A stretch of 64,000 bases of DNA. Origin: Psammoneis japonica. Lineage: Eukaryota. The notes under the pieces were generated by a model. It made no database searches, was not told the DNA's origin, and was given only the letters and a program-made list of their open reading frames with translations. Where the stretch lies: assembly GCA_008632985.1 (NCBI GenBank), contig QPGO01000001.1, forward strand, positions 124,001 to 188,000, in the 5' to 3' direction. Within the stretch, counting starts at the first letter, position 1; each line of letters opens with the position of its first letter. The translations under genes were made by a program, and so were the position numbers. Below are positions 1 through 12,864 of the stretch, piece after piece.

Positions 1-2214
1 GATGGTCCCGAGTTCGCGCGTGTGACGAAGAGGTTGAGGGATGCGAATGGCATTCCCATTGGGACAGCCAACGACAACCCAATCCTAGATGCTCGAATGT
101 GTCAGGTGGAGCATCCCGATGGTCACACTGCAGCACTTTCAGCTAACTCTATTGCCATGAACATGTTCGCACAGATTGACGAGGACGGAAATCGGCATGT
201 TCTGTTTGACGAGATTGCAGACTTCCGTGCGAATGGGGACGTCCCGGAATCCGATTTCTTTGAAACTGAGCAAGGCAACAAGAGGCGGCGCAGGACCACG
301 AAAGGATGGGAACTCTTGTTCCAATGGAAGGACAGCAGCACTGCTTGGGTTGACCCAAAGGACGCGAAGGAAGGATTCCCTGTCCAGGTCGCCGAGTTCG
401 CCATCCAACACAAGATCTCGAAGGAGCCGGCGTTTGCTTGGTGGGTTCCGCACTTAATGAGGACCCGCAAGCGTTCTATTGCGAAGGTCAAGTCAAAGCA
501 TTGGTTGAGAACCCATGAATTTGGCACACGAATTCCCAAGACTGTGAAGGAGGCACTGGAGCTCGATCGTGCGAACGGCAACACCTTGTGGCATGACACC
601 ATTTGCTTGGAAATGAAGAATGTTCGAGTTGCGTTCGACAAGTTCGAGGGGGACGAAACGGAGCTGCCTCCTGGGCACCAACAAATCGATTGTCACATGA
701 TTTTTGACATCAAGTTGGGAGAGAACTTTTGGCGCAAGAGCAGGATGGTTGCGGGTGGTCACATGACCGACACCCCAACTGCCATTGCCTGCTCCTCAGT
801 TGTTTCCAGGGATTCGGCAAGGATTGCCCTTGCACTTGCCGTGCTTGATGACTTGCAAGTCTTTGCCTGCAACATCCAGAATGCCTGCTTGACAGCGCCG
901 TGCCGAGAGAAAATTTGGACTCGTGCCGGTGAAGAGTTTGGCGCGGAACGCGGTGAGATTGTGATTGTAGTCAGGGCACTCTACGGATTGAAGAGCTCCG
1001 GCGCGGCATTCAGGGCCTTCCTGGCGGAGACGCTTTGTGATCTAGGATGCAAGCCTGGCAAGGCTGATCCCGACGTTTGGATGAGGCCAGCAGTGAAGCC
1101 AGACGGATTCGAGTGCTACGACCACATCTTGGTGTACGTCGACGACTTGCTGTCGATTAGTCATGAGCCGATGAAGACTGTGGATGGTGTCAAGTCGAAG
1201 TTCAAGCTCAAAGACGATAAAGCAGCGGAACCCGAATCCCACTTGGGCGCCAAATTGTCGAAGATGGACCTTGCTGACGGCACCACCTGCTGGACGATGT
1301 CAGCAGAAGATTGCTGCAAGGCGGCGGTCCGGAATGTTGAGGACAAATTGGCCAAGGAAGGAAAACGGCTGCCGAGCAAAGCATGCACACCTTTAAGTGG
1401 CGGATGCAAGCCGGAGTTGGACACTTCGGGCGAACTGGATGCAGAAGGCCTCAACCACTGCCAAGAGCTGATTGGCGTTTTGATTTGGGCCGTGGAATTG
1501 GGTGGGGTCGATGTCATTTTGGAAGTGTCAAATGTGTCGGCTCACCTTGCCTTGCCGCGCATTGGTCACTTGGAACAGGCATTGCATGTCTGTGCATGCC
1601 TCAAACAGGTCCCAAAGCGCCGGGTGGCGTTCGATCCTACGCATCCGGTCATCGACGAGTCTAGGTTCAAGGAGTGCGATTGGTTTGACTTCTGCTGAGA
1701 CGCGCAAGAGGCGATTCCCCCCAACATGCCACCACCTCGAGGTGACGTTGTGTCTGCTCATTGTTTCGTGGATGCCAACCATGCTGGTGACGCATCAACT
1801 CGCCGCAGTCATGCAGGCATTCTGACATTCCTGTGCCGAGCACCCATCATCTGGTGTTCGAAGAGACAGAACACCATGGAGACCAGTGCTTTTGGCGCCG
1901 AGATCGTGGCACTCAAGGTCGTGGTGGAATTTATTGAAGGTCTGAGGTGCAAGCTTCGAATGTTTGGAGTTCCTGTTGAAGGTTCTACAAACGTGTTCTG
2001 TGACAATGAAGCAGTGTACAAGAATTGCTCCATCCCGGAGTCTGCTCTCAAGAAGAAGCATCATTCCATTGCATGCCATCGCAACAGGGAAGCTGTTGCT
2101 GCGGGGACTGTTCGCCCAGCAAAGGAGGATACGGAAACTAACCTCGCGGATTTGTTCACGAAGGTTGTGACTTCGATTCGTCGCAATTTCCTGTTGGACA
2201 AGTTCACTCATTGA
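1..2214 (+). mobile_element. Ty1/Copia (CoDi-like) LTR retrotransposon pol fragment: RT + RNase H, mutated, 5' part outside window
   Basis: Motifs KSRMVAGGH, SSVVSRDS, ALYGLKSSG, VYVDDLL, FVDANHAGD, ETSAFGAE, FCDNEAV, NLADLFTK. ORFs 22..1698 and 1726..2214 are the same frame split by a TGA at 1696-1698 (expected F-Y-R-D reads F-C-*-D). Most conserved Tyr are Cys/His. Confidence 0.95.
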
Positions 2215-2374
2215 ATTGGCGGCAAATGGGGTTTGGATTTTGGGAATCGGGTCGGTGGTGATTTTCTTCCCCAGTGAGGGTTCACACCATGGCCAGCACG
2301 GAGTGTTAATGTGGTTGATTGCATTGGTTGAATTGTGCCTGTCAAGCACGCCCTTGGCTTGTTAGAAACATTTC

Positions 2375-2408
2375 AAGGGGACCGAAAGAAATCCGATGCA
2401 TCGGATTT
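2375..2408 (+). mobile_element. Polypurine tract and start of the 3' LTR of the Copia element
   Basis: aaggggac at 2375-2382 after the pol stop; the same gaggggac tract precedes TG in the second Copia (minus strand, 17420-17411). Followed by a 20-bp perfect palindrome aaatccgatgcatcggattt (2389-2408). LTR end not determined. Confidence 0.6.
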
Positions 2409-3180
2409 AGTTAGAGTGCTGTTGTTAGAGTGCTGTTGGCAATGGCTGGTGCTGAGCCAACCGTTGTGACGTGTCATCGGAAGGAAGCGTTGGATTTCCC
2501 TCCAATGGCGCTCACTTGTTAAGAGCAGTTGTAACAGGCCCAAGAGCATCTTTGGATCATTAGATTGTCATCATGCCAGCACTGTGAGCAGCTGAGCCAT
2601 TCGGCAGCTGGATTTGCTCGCGGACACATGTGCAAAATCTGCGTGGAAACCATCGTACAAACAGACCGCAACTGCGATTTTCCTTGCCATCTGCTCGAGT
2701 GAATGGCAGATGAGTCTCTGTGCAGAGACCATTGCAGGAGCCAAAAGATGTGCATCATGAAATCGGCACTGCTGTTGTTGATCTTGTGAGCCATGTGGCT
2801 CGAGAGCAAAAAGCTGCACTGCTGCAGTGTGTGACAGAGCCAAGGGCACACAACATGTCTGTCTGTGTGCAACAAAAGAAACTGGTGCAGCTCATGACAA
2901 AGTGTGCACAACTGAAATCCAACCCAAACACTTTTGCTCCCCATTTTGCTTGAGGAAGCTGCAGAAGCAGACTTGACATTGGACTGGCCAAAGGCCGGAG
3001 GGTCAAAAAGCTTTGTGGAGCACAAGGGGGGGATGGAGAAGAATGCTCTGGATCTGGAGGCAACCCCAGTGCAACAAGCTCAGCATGTCAGCGGGGTTGT
3101 GGGAGCCTTCAACAAAGTGGAGTTCAAGGAATCCTCAGCAATTGCCTTTCACAAACTTGGCAAAATGAGAGAACAGTGTT

Positions 3181-3208
3181 GGGGGGGGGGGGGGGGGGGG
3201 GGGGGGGT
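3181..3208. repeat. Poly-G run (28 nt)
   Basis: Direct reading. Confidence 0.95.
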
Positions 3209-4543
3209 TGAACAGCTGGCTCTGCTCTTTGAACAAACTCTGTCCATCTCTGTGCATTTGGGGCATTTGTCAGCACAACTTCAACGGATGAAAAAGATGC
3301 AGAGTCTGTCTGCATTTGGGGCATTTGGAGGACACAATTTCAATGGATGAAAAAGATGCAGAGTCTGTCCAGCATTTGCAAACATTTTCCAAATGCCACA
3401 ATTGCATTGACTGAGACAGACTGTTCCAGCGCAAATCCCACACAGGATTGTTCGAACAGCAGCTGCCCAGACTTGTCCCCCAGTGTGTCACCTGCACAAC
3501 TTGGAGCATGAGAGCTGTCCACAACCAACTTGCTGTCATCCCCAAACATGCAACAAGTGCCACAGATCAGGATGCCAAGGTGATGCAGCATGGCACACAG
3601 GCAATGAACTGTTCCATGCAAATCCTTGCAGCAACAAATTTGGATGCAAAAGTTGTGGTTTTCATGGCCGCTTGTTTCTTGGAGAACAAATTGGCTGCAA
3701 ACTTGCCCAGGAAATGGATGGTGATGCCAGTGATGGAAAAACACCCAGCAAGCAAGCAACAAACTGAGTTTGCATTGACATGACAAGTCACTGTGACAAA
3801 CTTGCCAAGAGAGGCTTGGGCGCATCTTTGGGAATCAGCTCCTCTATGTCACTGTGCACTGTGTGGTGCAGCCCCCAACCACACACAGGCTTGGGAAGGT
3901 CTGAGTGGTCAGGCTCCTCAGTCAACATGCACAAAGTGCCATGTCACATCTTGGACAAGGTGTCCCCACCCATTTTTTTTTGGCAAACATCCTTTTTTTA
4001 TTTGCTGGCGGCAAGCCTGATGTTTGTGTGTGGACATGCATGTGTGTCATGTGATGCAATCAATGCCAATGCATTGTCCATGCATGGACTCAGCATGAGT
4101 GAAAAATGCACATGCTCTGCAAATGGGGCAATCTTCAACATGCAGAACCCACAAGCAAAAATGCACCTGCATGCACGCATGTTTGAGGTTTCAAAAAATT
4201 TCACAACTTGTCGAAACGCAATGACAATGGTGACTGTGAACACAACACACTCCATCAACAGCCACAATCTCACCATGACACTGACACACATCAACAGCAC
4301 ACAATTTATTTCACATGTGTGTGCCTCAGTGTGCTTTGACATTGATTGGTTGCAGCGAAAACAGCTGAAATGTCAAATTTTTTTGTCCATCACTTTTTGA
4401 CTGCATGGCTCGACAACAAGCCCATTGCACTCTCACATGTCAATGCTGTTGATTGTTGTGGCTCTTTAAGACAACACTGTGTTGAGAAAACGGTGACTGC
4501 AGAGTCGCCATGGTGTGGTGGTTTCTGGGGTTTCCAGCTGCGG

Positions 4544-4768
4544 CATGCCAATGGCGAATTCAAAGTGCTGAAACTGAGTTGTGCTTGTTGAGTTAGCATG
4601 GCTGCCGCTTTGCGCATCATGTGCCAATCATTCTCAGTGGCGGGGCCACCAGCAATGTGCCAATGGCAAATTTGCAGTGCTGAAAGTGAGTCGTGCTTGT
4701 CAAGTTAGCGTGGCTGCCACTTTGCGCATCATGTGCCAACCATTCTCAGTGGCAGGGCCTCCAGCAAA
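4544..4768. repeat. Tandem duplication, ~113-bp unit x2
   Basis: tgccaatggc...gagttagc...tttgcgcatcatgtgccaa...cattctcagtggc occurs twice; differences are mostly CG/TG/CA exchanges. Confidence 0.85.
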
Positions 4769-5029
4769 AAAAAAAGGATGTTTGGCAGAAAAACCAGGCC
4801 TGCGGGGAGCATTGACCACTTGTCTTTCTTCATGGGTGTGTTGTGCACAGCATGTGCTGTTGCATGCTGCAGGGCCCCATTGCCTGTGGTGCACATGTGA
4901 GCAGGGCCCTGCTGCACTGCCAGGGCTGGCATTGGTCACTGTGTGCATGCACAGCAGGATGACCATTGTGTTTGATGGCTCATGCCATTTTGGGGGCTGC
5001 AGCGAGGTGCGTGGACACTCTTTTTTCCC

Positions 5030-7290
5030 CTGTTCATTGCCACCATGGTGCATTGCACAAAAGCACTTGATGTCATTGAGCAGAAACCAGAGAGTGAGAG
5101 GGTTGTTGGCATGGACATTGAATGGCCCACTGCAAAAAATCACGGGGTGTGGTGGTGTCAAACGGAAAGATGGGAACTGCTCAGCTTGCACATCGTGCCA
5201 AAGATGGCTTGACAAAATGCCTGGTGATTTCATTGGGAAAACAAGACAGCATCCCACCTTGTCTTCAAGCACTCCTGAATGACTCGGAGATTCCACTTGT
5301 GGGCATTGGAGCAACCAGTGACTTAAATTAAATCGGCCACAAATTTGCCTGTGATGAATTTGTGGACATGGCAAACGTTGAGAACCTTGAGACACATGCA
5401 CAAAAGCGACATGTTGCACAGAATGGCATGGTTGGGCTTGACTCACTTGTCAGACTTACATTGCATGACATGTTGGAAAAGCCAGCAAATGTGCAACTCT
5501 CTGATTGGTCGGCATCTCCATTGTCAAAAGAGCAGGTTGAACATGCCACTGTCAATGCCATCAAATCACTTGAGGCATGCCTGAAGATGAAAGAAATGCC
5601 GGATCTCACAACAAGGTTGTTGGAAAAGGACAATGTGGTGAACACCACAGTGGACACAGTTCCAAGTTGTGGCAGCCTGTCTTCCATGGTGACAAGAGCT
5701 GGATGGGGAAAAATTGTTGACGAAGCAACAGCTCCCATTCCAGAGAATTGTGCACCACCTGACATGACGGTTCATTGCACAAGGATCACGTTGAGAGCAG
5801 CGCAAGTTGACAAAGTTGCTGCACCTCATCTCACAGCTCCTGGGTTGAAGACAAGTGCGGGGGGTAAAGCATGCCTTGGCAACTTTGGCAAGACTCCTTT
5901 TTCCATTGTGCTGCTGCTGTCCATGCTGAAACAACACACGTCAAATCTAATGAGATCAGAGATGTCCAATCATGCCATGCCTGACAACAGCAACACAAGA
6001 GCTGTGCTGGCACCAGCACCTGTGCCAGCAAATGTGGAACAAGAAGATGAAGAAGCAACTGAATGTGAGGAGTTTGAGTCAACTGATGAAGAAGATGATG
6101 AAGACATTGACTCCTTGTTGGAAGCACTTGCCATGGCTGACATGGAGTGCACAAGGCAATGTGAAGCTTTGGCGAGAGGTGCCCAGGCTGGTGAAGTGTC
6201 CCTGTCACATCCTCACCTTGACAATCCACCCGAGACCAAAGAAATGCAAGACTTGCTCTTGTCCGTGAATGGAGATGGTTTTCACAGCATTGAGAGGCCC
6301 AAAATGCCGGTCTGGCACATGTTCTAAAAGGCTTTAAAAGTGGCAATTCATGATGCCAAATGTGAGGGGAACCAAAAGAAGCCACAAGAAGCAAAGCAGG
6401 CAATGGTCAAAGATGGTTTCACTGAAACCAACATTGATCTGGAAATGCATTGTTGAGTGAAATTCTTCCAAGACTGTGTTGACCGTCGGAAGCTGCCGCC
6501 AAGACAGCTGCACTGGTGAGTCCGTGCTGTGTGTGTGTTGTTGGGCGACAAAACAGACAGCGAGACAGAGCAGCCACTTTTCAACAAGAGAACATGGAAG
6601 GAGGCAAATCGTGTTCTGAAAGCCATGCTTGCCGGGTGCGTGTCCAATCCTCCTGGAGTGCCATTTCATGCGATCCGCCTCAACAGCTCAGGAGAACCAA
6701 TGAAGAACAAGTGCGGGTTTGACCTGATGAACTACAACCAGGGCACGAGTGATGCAGAGTCAACACACAATCAAATTGTCACAACTTTCGGTGTGTGGTG
6801 CACCGGGGTTGAAATGTCGGATTGTCTTCTGAGCAAACATCGGCTTCATCACAATCACAAAAGCTCTGAACCTTGGTGCAAGGGCTTTCCAAGGATTGGT
6901 CATTTTGACACTTGGCTGATGGATCGGGCACAACTCCTTGTTGAAGACAATCCTGAATGGACCAATTCCGGTGATTGCAAAACCACACCAGAGAGCTTTG
7001 GTGCAATTCCGTTGCACAGCCAGGAGCTTGCAAACACCATTGAAGATGTCCAGCTGAGGGAAAACTGGGGGAGGAAAACAAAGTCAGATTGACAAGAGAT
7101 CATGTGCATCTTGCGGCGGCCATGGGATCAAAACTGCTGTTCTCACCTGTTTTTGGGGTGGGGGAGATGAGACTGTTCTCCAGGCTTTATCCAGAGTTTC
7201 CTTTCGATGCCCACAAGTTTAGCATCAAATGAACAAAGCTCTGCAATGGTGTGACAATCTTTCCAAAGCTCAAGGTGCACCTGAACATGT
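5030..7290 (+). mobile_element. Degenerate DNA-transposon gene: WRN/DnaQ-type 3'-5' exonuclease domain fused upstream of a Mutator-like transposase region
   Basis: Exo motifs VVGMDIEW (ORF 4982) and LSDWSASPLSKEQVEHATVNA (YAAxDA motif with Y->H; ORF 5362). Then DGFH, PLFNKRTWKEA, SNPPG and QGTSDAESTH (ORF 6529), resembling DxxH...GTNxxExxH of Mutator-like transposases. Multiple frameshifts and stops. Confidence 0.65.
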
Positions 7291-7327
7291 GTTGCGATTG
7301 GCAGAAATGAAGCCAAAGGACCAAAGA

Positions 7328-7745
7328 CTTGAAAACTTGAACCAAACACTGCTGTCGGACGCATCCAATGGAGACTCAAGCAATGCTGCGATGGAACTCG
7401 TTGATGATGAAAATGATGAGACACCAAATGGCAAGGCCAGTTCAGTGGAAGGTCCATCTCAATGTCAACATGACCCAACATGTCACAACGCACATTGGCC
7501 TGTCCCCTTGGCACTGCGCAAGGATGCAATTCAAGGTGCAAGAACTGTTTTTGAAGCTCTTGAAAACTTGAACCAAACTCTGCTGCCGGTCGCATCCAAT
7601 GGAGACTCAAGCAATGCTGTGATGGAACTCATTGATGATGAAAATGATGAGGCACCAAATGGCGGGGCCAGTTCAGTGGAAGGTCCATCTCAATGTCAAC
7701 GTGACCCGGCATGTCACAACGCACATTGGCCTGTCCCCTTGGCAC
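7328..7745. repeat. Direct duplication, ~187 bp at 231-bp period
   Basis: cttgaaaacttgaaccaaac...cccttggcac at 7328-7514 and 7559-7745. Confidence 0.9.
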
Positions 7746-8294
7746 CGCACACTCTCAACTTGCCTTGCAGTGTGCTCATCACAATGACAAAATGCCAACC
7801 ACAGTTGGTGGAGTGCAGATGTGTCCTCTGAACCATGTGATGCCTGCTGGGGAAGAAAACCAAGCAACAACAACAAGAAGAGGTGAGCACAGTGGCAACA
7901 CCAGGAAACAAAGCAGTCATCAGTGCATGCACTGCATCCAACTTGGGGGAGACAAGGCCCTCAAATGCAAAGGCCGACACCCAAGGCCAGGACAAGAGAA
8001 ATGTGAGCACTTTCAAAGTGATGGGAGCCCACAAAACTTGCAGCATGCAGAGAACAGAAATCAAAACAAACACGTGCCATGAGCATTCACAACAATGGGA
8101 AACAACAGAGTTTCTCTTTGCTTTTTCTCTTTTCTTTTCTCTTCTTTCTTTTTCTTTCCTTTTTCTCCTCCCTCTCTTCCCTCTTGGTCTAAAATGTGCT
8201 CCAGCAACATGGCACAAAACCATTTCCAGCACGAAGATCAAATGTTGTGCCTGAAGGAACGATCGGCCCTTCGTGCAAAACTCATGTAGAAATT

Positions 8295-8720
8295 CTTTCT
8301 GTTTCAACATTGTGCTGTTCAAGAGTGCCACAGTGTTGGCTCATTTAAAGCAGTGTGCGCACAAGAGTTGTTTGCCAATGGCATGCAATGTGTTGGCATG
8401 TGCAGAAAGAGCAATGAAAGCACAATGTTTGGCACAAATTTTCTTTTCCTTTGGCAGTGCAGTGTTGCTTTTAAAGGATGACCACAGGCAGATGAATGCT
8501 GCTGCTTGCACACATGACTCTCTCTCTCTCTCTCTCTCTCTCCAGTGCACCATCCTCATTTAAAGATGTTTGTGAGGGTGTTTTGCAATGTTGAGACAAG
8601 CTGCACAAGTCTCAAACGGTTTGTCTTTCTGTTTCGACATTTTGCTGTTCAAGAGTGCCACAATGTTGGCTCATTTGATGCAGTGTGTGCACAAGAGTTG
8701 TTTGCCAACAGCATGCAATG
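8295..8720. repeat. ~330-bp repeat unit containing (CT)n, block 1
   Basis: ctgtttcaacatt...gagtgccacagtgttggctcattt and aaggatgaccacaggcagatga...(ct)n recur at ~8300/8630/10245 and ~8474/10076/10392. Confidence 0.85.
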
Positions 8721-10074
8721 CTCCAGGACATCACTTTCAAACAGCCCAGAGACCACCCCACCAGCCCAAGGATGGTCCTGTGGAGCATGCCATTTGCCAG
8801 ATCCTCACGGACCGGCTTTTTTCCCATCAACAGCCTCCATGATCTGGAGCAACAAACAATCCACACGGTTGCTGCCCAAGAGTTGCACGGTGTTGCTGAT
8901 GCCTTCCACAACTGTGGCTGCATTAGAAACCAGTGTGACAGAATGAGAAAAAATGGATGGAGGCCAACTCTGCAATGCTTTTTGCTGCTCGACAGAATGT
9001 GTCAATCCAACATCGACTGGCTTTGACAGCTTGTGCTGCTGCCGGCATTGTGAGAGGTGCCAACAAACAGATGCCATTTTTCAATCAAGTCTGCCATGCA
9101 GCCTGTTGCTCTGTTGGACACAGTGGCAAATCCTGCAATGCCAAGTCTCAAGTCCTTCCGCGGGGATGTCACACATTGGCTCCTGCTCTCGTCGCCACCT
9201 TGACTGGCATCCATCATGCCATTCCCAATGTTGTCTCCAATGACACCTTGCAGCATTTCAAGCTGCCTCTGTGGTGCAGCCCCAGTGGCCTGAGTCTCAA
9301 AATCATTTGGGTGCTTTTCAAGGCAGGCATCCTTCATGATTTTGGTTCTCTGGATGCAGAGAAATGGAAATCACAGCATCAGCAGAGCCACAATGAAAAG
9401 AACATGCAAACAACACTGCCTTCAATGGACTTGCCTCATGCATTGTGCAGCTTGCATCGCATGGGCAGCAACAAATGGCACAAGAACACATCCATCCAGT
9501 CTGTGTTCCAGCTGCGTTTGCACGCTGCCGCCATCGCACCCGACATTTTGAGATTGTGGGTCTTGGCGACAGCATGCTCCTCTGCCAGTCCTTGGAAGTT
9601 AGCCTTTGCAGGCCTCTCCATAAATTCTGCCAACAGATTGCGTTTGTTTTCTGTCATCATCACACTGCTTCCTTTCAGTGCGGTGAAGCCGATGTCATCT
9701 TCAATGCGACCCTTGCCCTGCAGCTCAACCGACGTCTGCTCCGGTGGTGGTTGAGCAGACGCTGCAGATTTGGGATGTCTCTCATGCCTGTGTTGACAGC
9801 AGAATGTTTGTTGGGAGCTGTGACATTGTTTGTTGAGAGCATGGACAAGACGAGCAACGCCATTGTCCATCGTCAACCTTGAGGAGAGTGGATCGAGTGA
9901 TTCTGGTGTTTTCCTTGGTCTGTCAGTCATCAGAATTGTGTGTGCTGAGAAGTCCGCAGGTTCTACGTGATGCCAAAACCGTGCCACTTTTGTTGAACTT
10001 TTGTTGAGGTTGAGTGAAAAATGTGTGGGAATTTTGCTGCTTTTAATTGTGACAATTGTCAGGCATTTTGCAGC

Positions 10075-10116
10075 AAAGGATGACCACAGGCAGATGAGTG
10101 CTGCTGCTTGCACACA

Positions 10117-10158
<42 letters not shown>

Positions 10159-10530
10159 CTGTGCACCATCCACATTTGAAGTTGTTTGTGAGGGTGTTTT
10201 GCAATGTTGAAACAAGCTGCACAAATCTCAAATGGTTTGTCTTTCTGTTTCAACATTTTGCTGTTTGAGAGTGCCGCAGTGTTGGCTCATTTAATGCAGT
10301 GTGTGCACAAGAGTTGTTTGCAGAAAGAGCAATGAAAAGCACAATGTTTGGCACAAATTTTTTTTCCTTTGGCAGTGCAGCACTGCTTTTAAAGGATGAC
10401 CACAGGCAGATGAATGCTGCTGCTTGCGCACATGACTCTCTCTCTCTCTCCAGTGCACCACCCAAATTTAAAGTTGCTTGTGTGGGTGTTTTGCAATGTT
10501 GAAACAAGCTGCACAAGTCTCAAATGGTTC
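10075..10530. repeat. ~330-bp repeat unit containing (CT)n, block 2
   Basis: Same unit and orientation as 8295-8720. Confidence 0.85.
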
Positions 10531-12864
10531 GTGCATTCAACTGTTCTCTCTGCAAATGCGTCAACAAAACAAGGACAGGATGACATTGTCGGTGCCACAG
10601 CGGAGAGAAAAAGTCGTTTTGCATTCATCCACATCGCAGCAGCAGCATGGCAGTGGCCCACTTTGTTTGTCAAGTTTGGCCAGTTGTGCTTCCAATTTGG
10701 CACATGGCAGGAGGAATTGACATTCGTTCCATCACCACCACCATTGGCAGTGCCAGCGCCCTTGTTGTCACTGCCCTTGTCATCATTTTTCTTGTTGTCA
10801 GTGTTTGCGGGTGCCAAAGGAATGGTGGGTGCAAAGACATCCACATCTCCAAAGTCATCATTGTTGTCCACATTGTTGTTTTCATGATTCGTGCTGCTCA
10901 GCGGCACCGTCATTGTTGTTGCCACTCCCATCGTCATCGTCGTCATTCTTCTTGTCGCCATTGTCATTGTTCGTGGGTGCCGATGGAATGGTGGGCACAA
11001 ATGTGTCCACATCTTCAAAGTCATTGTCATTGTTGCTTGTGGCAGCACCCGGCACTGTGGGCAGGACAAAGACCTCTGCCGAAGGAACCGCAGGGATGTC
11101 CCCCTTGGGTGGTGGTTGGCAATTGATTTCTTGATCGACATTTTCTTGTGTCGCCACGGCAGCTCCCAACAAGCCTGTTCCACCGGCTGCTTGAACACTG
11201 CATCCGACCGGTGTTGCCATGGGTTGTGCAGGAGCACTGTCAGATTGAGACACGTGAGGTTTCCAATCCACTTCAAACAATTTGCAAATCTTTTCCAAAT
11301 GCATTTCCACCAAGGCTGCTGCAGGTGGTTGAACCGACAATTTGGAAATGACACGTTCATTCAAAACACCACCAACATTGTTCAGGGCAGTGTCTTCAAA
11401 GTCTTTTCCACATTTAGAACAAAATTGTTTTTCAATGAGTGGGAGCTCAGCAATGTCCACACAGTCACACACCCAAATGAGTGTGGATGCACACTGCACC
11501 AAATCTGGTGGACATGTTTTGGAATGTTCCAGTGATTTGATGCATTCAGCAAGCAGCTCACATTCGAGTTGCCTTCGGCACGAATTTTTGCCAATTCCTC
11601 CTTGGGTGGATCTTTGCTCAACATGACAGCGACTGCACGCATTTGTTGTTTGGTGACGAGGAAAGACAAACAAGTGCACTCAAGTGCACTTGATGTGCAC
11701 CCTTTTTTGTGCACCAGATGACCACGTAGAATTCTGCATGTGACTTCAGTCGCAAGTGCACTTTTCAGTCGTAAGCATGCTTTTTAGTGTGCTTTGTGTT
11801 CCATTCGACAAGTCCAACACAGCCATCATTTTCAACCCAGTTTCTTTCTCCCAGAGTTCTGCAACGCAGTTTTCTGTTGTCCGCAAAAGTGCAGGTGGTC
11901 AATTGCTTTGGTTGTTTGGCACTGTTTTGACCGCAACCAGATCATTGAAAAAGTGAAGATTCTGGAGCTTGGTGCATTTTCTGCGCATTCCTGCGCAAGT
12001 CGTGGCTTGGTCGCGAATGGCAAACTAAGTGCACCTTGATTTACAATTGTTGAGACTGGTTGATGCATCAATTTAAACCCATTTTTTTCTTCAAAAAATT
12101 CCATCATGTGTCACACAATGTGATGTGTGAGTTTTCATTGTCAATTGCTGTGGCCTTTTGGCACTGTCTTGATTGCAACCAGATCACCCAAAAAGCAAAG
12201 TTGGAGGTTCTTGGTGCATGTCCCACTCATTTCCACGCAGGTGGCGATTGATCAATTGAGTGCACTCTGTGTGTCACTGTGCTGAGTTTCTGTGCAGAAA
12301 GTGTTGTTGACGTCCAACACTGAGTCCCATGGAAACTCAGCAGAAATTCCTGTGCATTGCACACAACCGCACACAACTCAACCGAAATTGTCCATGGTGC
12401 AAAGTGCAGCCAACAAGGTGACTGCAGCCGCCATTGTCTGCCTTGATTTTTTCCCTGCACATCAATGTTTTTGTTTGTCATTTTGTGCATTTGTCACATT
12501 TGCATCATCTTTCGTTGTTTGTCTGATTCATTTGCCGTTGTTGCTGCAGTGCTGTTTCCGCTCTGTGTGCATGCAACACAAATCGCGCAAACATGTGGTG
12601 TTTCCACGCTGTACAAAATTTCTGTTGAATTCCACGTGTTCCACATCTTGCATTTGATTTGCCTTTCCCACCTTGTAAAGAAGCGCTGCAGCACTGCTTG
12701 GTGAGTGAAAACCCAATTTCTTCACAGTTGCACCATGTGGGCTGTTTGTCTGACCAACCTGTCAAATGTGGCACCCCAATTTTGTTTTTTACAGAGGACC
12801 ATCAGACACAGCCACAGACACTCTCATTCTTCCAGGGAAAGGAGAGCACCTGTTGCCACCACAA

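Noticed and set aside
1..2214. Alternative genetic code (TGY/CAY read as Tyr, TGA read-through)
   Set aside because: Neighbouring intact genes use TAY for Tyr and TAG as stop normally; the TGA fits a CGA->TGA change.
3181..3208. Poly-G as a functional G-quadruplex element
   Set aside because: An isolated homopolymer in decayed DNA; its length may be an assembly artefact.
8750..10050. Minus-strand P-loop gene remnant (AGP*GSGK near 8790-8815)
   Set aside because: A single short motif containing a stop, with no supporting Walker B; too degenerate to call.
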